This document shows positions 49,229 through 54,132 of a stretch of DNA of 54,132 nucleotides, piece by piece. Source of the DNA: Pauljensenia sp. (GTDB lineage Bacteria; Actinomycetota; Actinomycetes; Actinomycetales; Actinomycetaceae); assembly GCA_029983625.1 (NCBI GenBank), contig JASBZF010000001.1, positions 1-54,132 on the forward strand. The letters run 5' to 3'. The position numbers and the translations under genes were made by a program. The notes below the pieces were generated by a model, which worked only from the letters and a program-made list of their open reading frames with translations, was not told the DNA's origin and searched no databases. How positions within the stretch are numbered: the stretch's first letter is position 1; each line of letters begins with the position of its first letter.

Positions 49229-49519
49229 TGTGGATTCTCCTTATTCATGTGTGTGAGTTCAAGCGTGAAGTGTGTGGAGAAGATGCCTTCCTGAACAGGA
49301 GGCGCATGAGAGTGCTCGGACTAGGGGTGGTAAAGGCTCTGCATATCCCTGTCATTGACTGCCTCTTTCTTTCCCAAATCCCTATGCTTGTGTCTTATCG
49401 CACATTCTTTCTTCAGGTGAGGAGATCGTCAATGTAATATGATACACATCTCATTTTTGAGTTTCTTCATTGACCTTGGCCGACTCTTGTCTCATAGGGC
49501 TTTGCTGTGCCCTCGGTGG

Positions 49520-50647
49520 TCAGCAGTTTTCACGAGGGCGCGATGACAGCCAACTGTCGATCTGCCCGTACCATTTTCGTTTGGAACTTTCCGAAGCAAG
49601 ACAAGCGTCGATCGACTGCTGTGCCAGCTGAGCCAGCGCCTCATCTGACAAGTCGAAAACTTCCCGCGCCTTCGCGTACTGCTCTAAGAGCCTGGAACGA
49701 AAAAGAAGGGGATCGTCGGCCCCGAGGGCGACGGTCGCTCCACGCGCCATGAACTCCGGTAACGGAACCTGAGAAAAATCGTGATACACCCCGAGATGCA
49801 CATTCGAGGTGGGGCACACCTCGAAGGCGACGCGAGCTTCGATGAGTTTGTCGAGGAGTTCAGGGTCTTCGACCGTGCGCACGCCGTGACCAAGGCGTGC
49901 GGGTTTGAGCGCTGTGATGACTTCACGCACGGATTCAGGCCCCAGGAGCTCGCCCCCGTGCGGAAGAGAAGCCAGCCCCGCCCTCGCGGCGATCTGAAAC
50001 GCAGCAGAAAAGGCGGAGGTTGTGCCCATGCGCTCGTCGTTGGACAGTCCAAAGCCCACAACTTCACCGGGTCCGTCACCCGCATATCGTGCGGCAAGAC
50101 GTGCGAGGGTCCGAGCATCGAGAGGATGTCGGATCCGTGAGGCGGCAACGATGATGGCAACTTCAACCCCGGTCTCGCGCGTTGCGGCTTTTGCTTCGTC
50201 GCAGATGATGTCAAGGGCGGGAGTGATACCCCCCACCCAGGGGGCGTAGGAGGTCGGATCGACTTGCATCTCAAGACGTACCGAACCTTCGGCGGCATCG
50301 TCCTCGGCTGCTTCACGCACGATCCTGCGCATTGCGGATTCGGAACGCACGAGCTGACGCGCAGAATCATAAGAGCGCTGAAAGCGAAACCATCCGCGTG
50401 AGTCAGCCGGAACAGTGAGCGGATCAATATCAAGAAGGTGTGGGGGGAGGCGCACTGATTGCTCTCGGGCAAGATCGAGGAGCGTCTGGGGCCTCATGGC
50501 TCCCGTGAAATGCAAGTGAAGGTGCGCTTTGGGAAGTAAGGCAAGGTCTCGCCGTCCCGTGGGTGTTGCAGGAGCACGAGTGAGGATGGGTGCGTTCTGA
50601 GTTTCGTGCTGTCCGCTGTGGGTGCGTGGGGCAGAAAATGTGGGCAT
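49520..50647 (-). CDS. add: Adenosine deaminase family protein
   Basis: LPKAHLHLH, HGGE, RLGHGV, EVCPTSN, ADDP; TGATG overlap with the upstream gene. Confidence 0.9.
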   Translation of the reverse strand: MPTFSAPRTHSGQHETQNAPILTRAPATPTGRRDLALLPKAHLHLHFTGAMRPQTLLDLAREQSVRLPPHLLDIDPLTVPADSRGWFRFQRSYDSARQLVRSESAMRRIVREAAEDDAAEGSVRLEMQVDPTSYAPWVGGITPALDIICDEAKAATRETGVEVAIIVAASRIRHPLDARTLARLAARYAGDGPGEVVGFGLSNDERMGTTSAFSAAFQIAARAGLASLPHGGELLGPESVREVITALKPARLGHGVRTVEDPELLDKLIEARVAFEVCPTSNVHLGVYHDFSQVPLPEFMARGATVALGADDPLLFRSRLLEQYAKAREVFDLSDEALAQLAQQSIDACLASESSKRKWYGQIDSWLSSRPRENC

Positions 50648-51456
50648 CAGTGCGCGTCCAGCCACATCACGATATCGCGAATGAGGCCCGGCCCTTCAGG
50701 TTCGTTGAGAACTTCGTGGTAGGCGCCGTCGATGATCCGCAGGTGGATGTCAGCGTCAGGGTGAGCGGCTGTTGCATTGCGAACGAAGGTACGTGATCCT
50801 GCGAGCGAGGCGAGGGTGTCAGCTGAGCCGTGAAAGATCAGTGTCGGTGTCTGTGCGCGTTCAGCGTGTTCAAGGACACGGCTGCCTTGGATGATCATTG
50901 TTGCGCCCGTGAGGATTGGCACCGGCCCCTTGTGGGTGAGGGGATCTTCGTCGAAGTTTTCTTGCACGTGAGGGTTTCGTGACAGTGCCGAGGGCGAGCC
51001 GGGTGTGTGCGCGGGGTGTGCGCTCAGCTGGGGGGCGATGCGTGCGAGGTGCAAGAGTGCGCGAGCGACTTTGACGGGAACGGGAGGTAGGGGGCGGAAT
51101 GCAGGGCTGGTGAGGACGACTCCCCTGAGGTGATGTGGGTCAAGGAGACAGGATGCTGCGCTGATGAGTCCGCCCATCGAATGACCGAAGAGGAAGAGGT
51201 TTTCGGTGCGTGAATGCGTCAGGACGATGCGTCGTGCATTGAGGTGAGCGGTGATGAGTCGTCCCACATCGACGCAGGCGCGCGGACCGGGTGCTGTCCC
51301 GTGTCCGTAGTGGTCGTAGAACGCGATATCGTATCCGGCTGCGACGAGGGCGTCGTGGAGTGGCTGGAAGCGACCTGAGTGTTCGGCATAGCCGTGTGCA
51401 AGGAGGACGGTGCCGTGAGGTGTGTCGGTTTCAGCGCGGCGATACTGCATGTCCAT
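50647..51456 (-). CDS. Alpha/beta hydrolase (lysophospholipase/monoglyceride lipase family)
   Basis: HGYAEHSGR, GHSMGG, HGSAD, HEVLNE; CACAAT 6 nt before ATG 51456. Confidence 0.88.
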   Translation of the reverse strand: MDMQYRRAETDTPHGTVLLAHGYAEHSGRFQPLHDALVAAGYDIAFYDHYGHGTAPGPRACVDVGRLITAHLNARRIVLTHSRTENLFLFGHSMGGLISAASCLLDPHHLRGVVLTSPAFRPLPPVPVKVARALLHLARIAPQLSAHPAHTPGSPSALSRNPHVQENFDEDPLTHKGPVPILTGATMIIQGSRVLEHAERAQTPTLIFHGSADTLASLAGSRTFVRNATAAHPDADIHLRIIDGAYHEVLNEPEGPGLIRDIVMWLDAH

Positions 51457-51644
51457 AGGCCAATTGTGGCAGCTCACATCCCTGTCTTTCTCTTTTTTCT
51501 CGCTGTGCACGTCCACCATGCTGTGCGTCATGAAACTTTCAGGCAGGCTAGGCATGATCGCCTGAGGGAATACCTGAGGGCGCTGTTTTGGCTGTGCGTC
51601 CTGTGCACATGACGTGTCCCGATGTCGTCAAAGCATGCGCTTTT

Positions 51645-52685
51645 TCAAGGAAGCGAGTCGAGATTCGGATGCTGGGCGACGTAGTCGCTGATCGTCCCTG
51701 ATTGCCATGCTCTGCTGAGTTCAGGTAGGGCAGCGGTGTCGAGTTCGACGATTGATTGACCGTCTTGAGATGTTCCGGTTCCGAGGTAGGGGATCGTGAA
51801 GAATAAAACTCCTGAGGAACGTAGCCCGGTCAGACCTGAGGCGATTGCCAGTAAAGAATCGAAGGTGAGGTTCTGATCGAGCGCAGAGTAGGTGGTGATG
51901 ATCGACACGAGTTGCGCGAGTTTTGCAGGGTTAGTCAGAAGCGACTGCGAGAAGGTTTTCTTCAGGATTGCGCGCATCCACGCTTGCTGGCGCTGCATTC
52001 GGTCGAAGTCGCCGCGAGGAAGAGAGTGGCGTTCACGCACGAAGGCCAGAGCTTCGCTTCCTGTCATGGTTTTCGGGCCTGTGGAGGTGTCGAGGGTGAC
52101 GCCGCCCAGGGCATCGGTGAGTTCAGAAAAACTTGTGAAGTCGGTGATCATGAAATGATCGATGTGAATTCCGAGCAGATTCTCGACGGTGGCGATTGTG
52201 AGATCGGCACCTCCGTATGAGAAGGCGGCATTGATTTTCGCGGTCCCGTATCCGGGAATATCGACCCAGGAATCGCGCGGGATTGACATGACGTTGATGC
52301 CTTTCCCGTCGGCTGTGATTTGAGCGACGATGAGGACATCAGAGCGCTGAGCTCCTGCTTGCCAATTCCTAGGGTCGCCACCGGAGAGTCGTGAGTCTGA
52401 CCCCAGGATGAGGAAAGTCGTTCCAGGTCCTGAACTTTCTGACTGAGGTGCAGATTGTGTGGTGTGAGGCGATGCGGGTGTGGAAACAGACACCTCCACG
52501 TGCCTGATTTGTGAGTTAATCGAATGGCGGATTCCAAAAAAGGCTGCTGTGGCGCCCGCAAGGAGCACAAGAATCAGCACAAGAAGGCCCACGAGTGCTT
52601 TTTGTGTTCCGCTCAAACGTCGTTGTGATCGGGTCTGACGTCGCAACTCGGTGCGTGAGGGAAGCGGAGCGGGATGTTCTGTCAT
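51645..52685 (-). CDS. LCP (LytR-CpsA-Psr) family cell wall ligase
   Basis: TM helix, LILGSDSR, RSD, SIPRDSWV, KINAA, RER, GDFDRMQRQQ. Confidence 0.93.
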   Translation of the reverse strand: MTEHPAPLPSRTELRRQTRSQRRLSGTQKALVGLLVLILVLLAGATAAFFGIRHSINSQIRHVEVSVSTPASPHTTQSAPQSESSGPGTTFLILGSDSRLSGGDPRNWQAGAQRSDVLIVAQITADGKGINVMSIPRDSWVDIPGYGTAKINAAFSYGGADLTIATVENLLGIHIDHFMITDFTSFSELTDALGGVTLDTSTGPKTMTGSEALAFVRERHSLPRGDFDRMQRQQAWMRAILKKTFSQSLLTNPAKLAQLVSIITTYSALDQNLTFDSLLAIASGLTGLRSSGVLFFTIPYLGTGTSQDGQSIVELDTAALPELSRAWQSGTISDYVAQHPNLDSLP

Positions 52686-52702
52686 GAACCTTCTCCTTTT
52701 TG

Positions 52703-52733
52703 AGTCTGGGCCTAGAAACTCTAGGCCCAGACT
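52703..52733. terminator. Perfect hairpin between the aminotransferase and LCP genes
   Basis: agtctgggcctaga-aac-tctaggcccagact, 14 bp stem. Confidence 0.65.
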
Positions 52734-52751
52734 AGAGGTGCTGTTTCGTCA

Positions 52752-53960
52752 TCAGCGCGCGTGCGCAAGTAATTCTTGGATACGTCCGACACCTTCAACG
52801 AGGTCAGCGTCTGAGAGTGCATAGGAGAAACGGAGGAAACCGGAGGGGCCGAAGGCTTCACCGGGAACAACCGCGACTTCGACTTCGTCGAGAATGAGCT
52901 CGGCGAGTTCAGCACTGGTGGTGGGGGTGCGCCCTCGGATTGTCTTGCCGAGGATCCCCTGGACGCTCGGGTAGGCGTAGAAAGCGCCTTTGGGGACGGG
53001 GACGTCGAATCCTTCAATTGCTCCGAGCATGTCGATGATTGTGCGTCGGCGACGGTCGAAGGCTGTGCGCATATCGGCAACGACCTTCAGGTCGCCAGAA
53101 AGAGCTTCGAGGGCGGCGCGCTGTGCGACGTTGGAGACGTTCGAGGTGAGGTGAGATTGGAAGGAGGTCGCTGCTGTGATGACATCGAGGGGGCCGATCA
53201 TCCAGCCAACGCGCCAACCGGTCATCGCATAGGTTTTTGCCACACCGTTCAAGACGATCGTCTGGTCTGCAAGTTCGGGGACGAGACGCACGATGTGGGC
53301 GGGCGTGGCATCTTCGTAGAGGAGATGTTCGTAGATTTCATCGGTAATGACCCAGATGCCATGTTCGAGTGCCCACTGTCCGATTGCGATGGTCTCTTCG
53401 GGTGTGTAGACCGCGCCGGTGGGGTTCGAGGGCGAGCAGTGGAGGAGGACTTTCGTGCGTTCGGTGCGTGCGGCTTCCAGCTGTTCGACGGTGACCTTGT
53501 AATCCTGCGTGGCGTCGGCGAAAACAGTGACGGGAACAGCCCCGGCGAGTTTGATTACTTCGGGATAGGTCGTCCAATAGGGGGTGGGAAGCAGGGCTTC
53601 GTCACCGGGGTTGAGGAGTGAAGCGAAAGCTTGGAAGACGGCTTGTTTACCGCCGTTTGTGACAAGGACTTGGGAGGCGTCGATGGGGTAGCCGGAGTCG
53701 CGCAGGGTTTTGTCTGCGATCGCTTGGCGCAGTGCGGGAAGCCCAGCTGCGGGCGTGTAGCGGTGCATCGCGGGCTCTCGGGCGGCGGCGACGGCTGCTT
53801 CGACGATGTAGTCAGCGGTCGGAAAGTCAGGTTCACCTGCTCCGAAGCCGATGACGGGACGTCCTTGTGCTTTCAGGGCTTTTGCTTTTGCGTCAACGGC
53901 GAGAGTTGCGGAGGGGGTGATGGCGGCGAATCGAGTGGAGATACGCGGTGTTGTGCTCAT
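52752..53960 (-). CDS. aspC: PLP-dependent class I aminotransferase (aspartate aminotransferase)
   Basis: [34 protein letters not shown]. Confidence 0.88.
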   Translation of the reverse strand: MSTTPRISTRFAAITPSATLAVDAKAKALKAQGRPVIGFGAGEPDFPTADYIVEAAVAAAREPAMHRYTPAAGLPALRQAIADKTLRDSGYPIDASQVLVTNGGKQAVFQAFASLLNPGDEALLPTPYWTTYPEVIKLAGAVPVTVFADATQDYKVTVEQLEAARTERTKVLLHCSPSNPTGAVYTPEETIAIGQWALEHGIWVITDEIYEHLLYEDATPAHIVRLVPELADQTIVLNGVAKTYAMTGWRVGWMIGPLDVITAATSFQSHLTSNVSNVAQRAALEALSGDLKVVADMRTAFDRRRRTIIDMLGAIEGFDVPVPKGAFYAYPSVQGILGKTIRGRTPTTSAELAELILDEVEVAVVPGEAFGPSGFLRFSYALSDADLVEGVGRIQELLAHAR

Positions 53961-54132
53961 GTGTCTATGATGGCACGCGCGAGGGCGGAGCTGGAAGATG
54001 ATATCGGGGTGTATGTTGATCTCTTCCCTTGGGAAAATGGCTGTGGATAGCCGAGGGAACCGAGGGAACTGAAAGGCATTCGGATGGAGTCGTGGAAGAG
54101 TCTTCTGGGACGTGACATTGTGCCGGAGAAAA

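Noticed and set aside
54051..54068. 9 bp duplication ccgagggaa at the window end
   Set aside because: Two short copies in a truncated spacer, nothing supporting function
1..54132. CRISPR arrays, IS elements, defence or secretion systems
   Set aside because: No spaced repeats, transposases, nucleases or such gene sets recognised by eye

Overview
High-GC (about 60%) actinobacterial chromosomal window; protein and gene-order style suggests Actinomycetaceae (Schaalia/Actinomyces-like), which is an inference. It is almost entirely core genome: folK (5'-truncated, long extra tail), DUF3180 and Rv3587c-like membrane genes, ktrB-ktrA-radA-disA, an Rv0500A-like HTH gene and bS22, a menaquinone cluster (menA, E, B, C, D, F, G, J) interleaved with an L,D-transpeptidase, HtrA and an unexplained GH42-like gene, then nuoA-N, a polyprenyl synthase, FprA, htpX, yajQ, tRNA-Tyr/Thr/Met, rpmG, nagB, galE, murB, a low-GC orphan membrane gene, adenosine deaminase, an alpha/beta hydrolase, an LCP protein and an aspartate aminotransferase. 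I see no integrase, transposase, CRISPR array or defence system and cannot claim a clearly new multi-gene system. Best leads: an apparently catalytically dead GH42 beta-galactosidase derivative heading menC-menD; a NuoG lacking all four N7 cysteines and carrying about 55 extra residues; MprA-like boxes before htrA and htpX; a 440 bp rpmG-nagB spacer with long-range complementarity; apparent local loss of the heme/cytochrome c maturation block; and the FolK tail. Comparisons to other genomes are from memory and were not computed.
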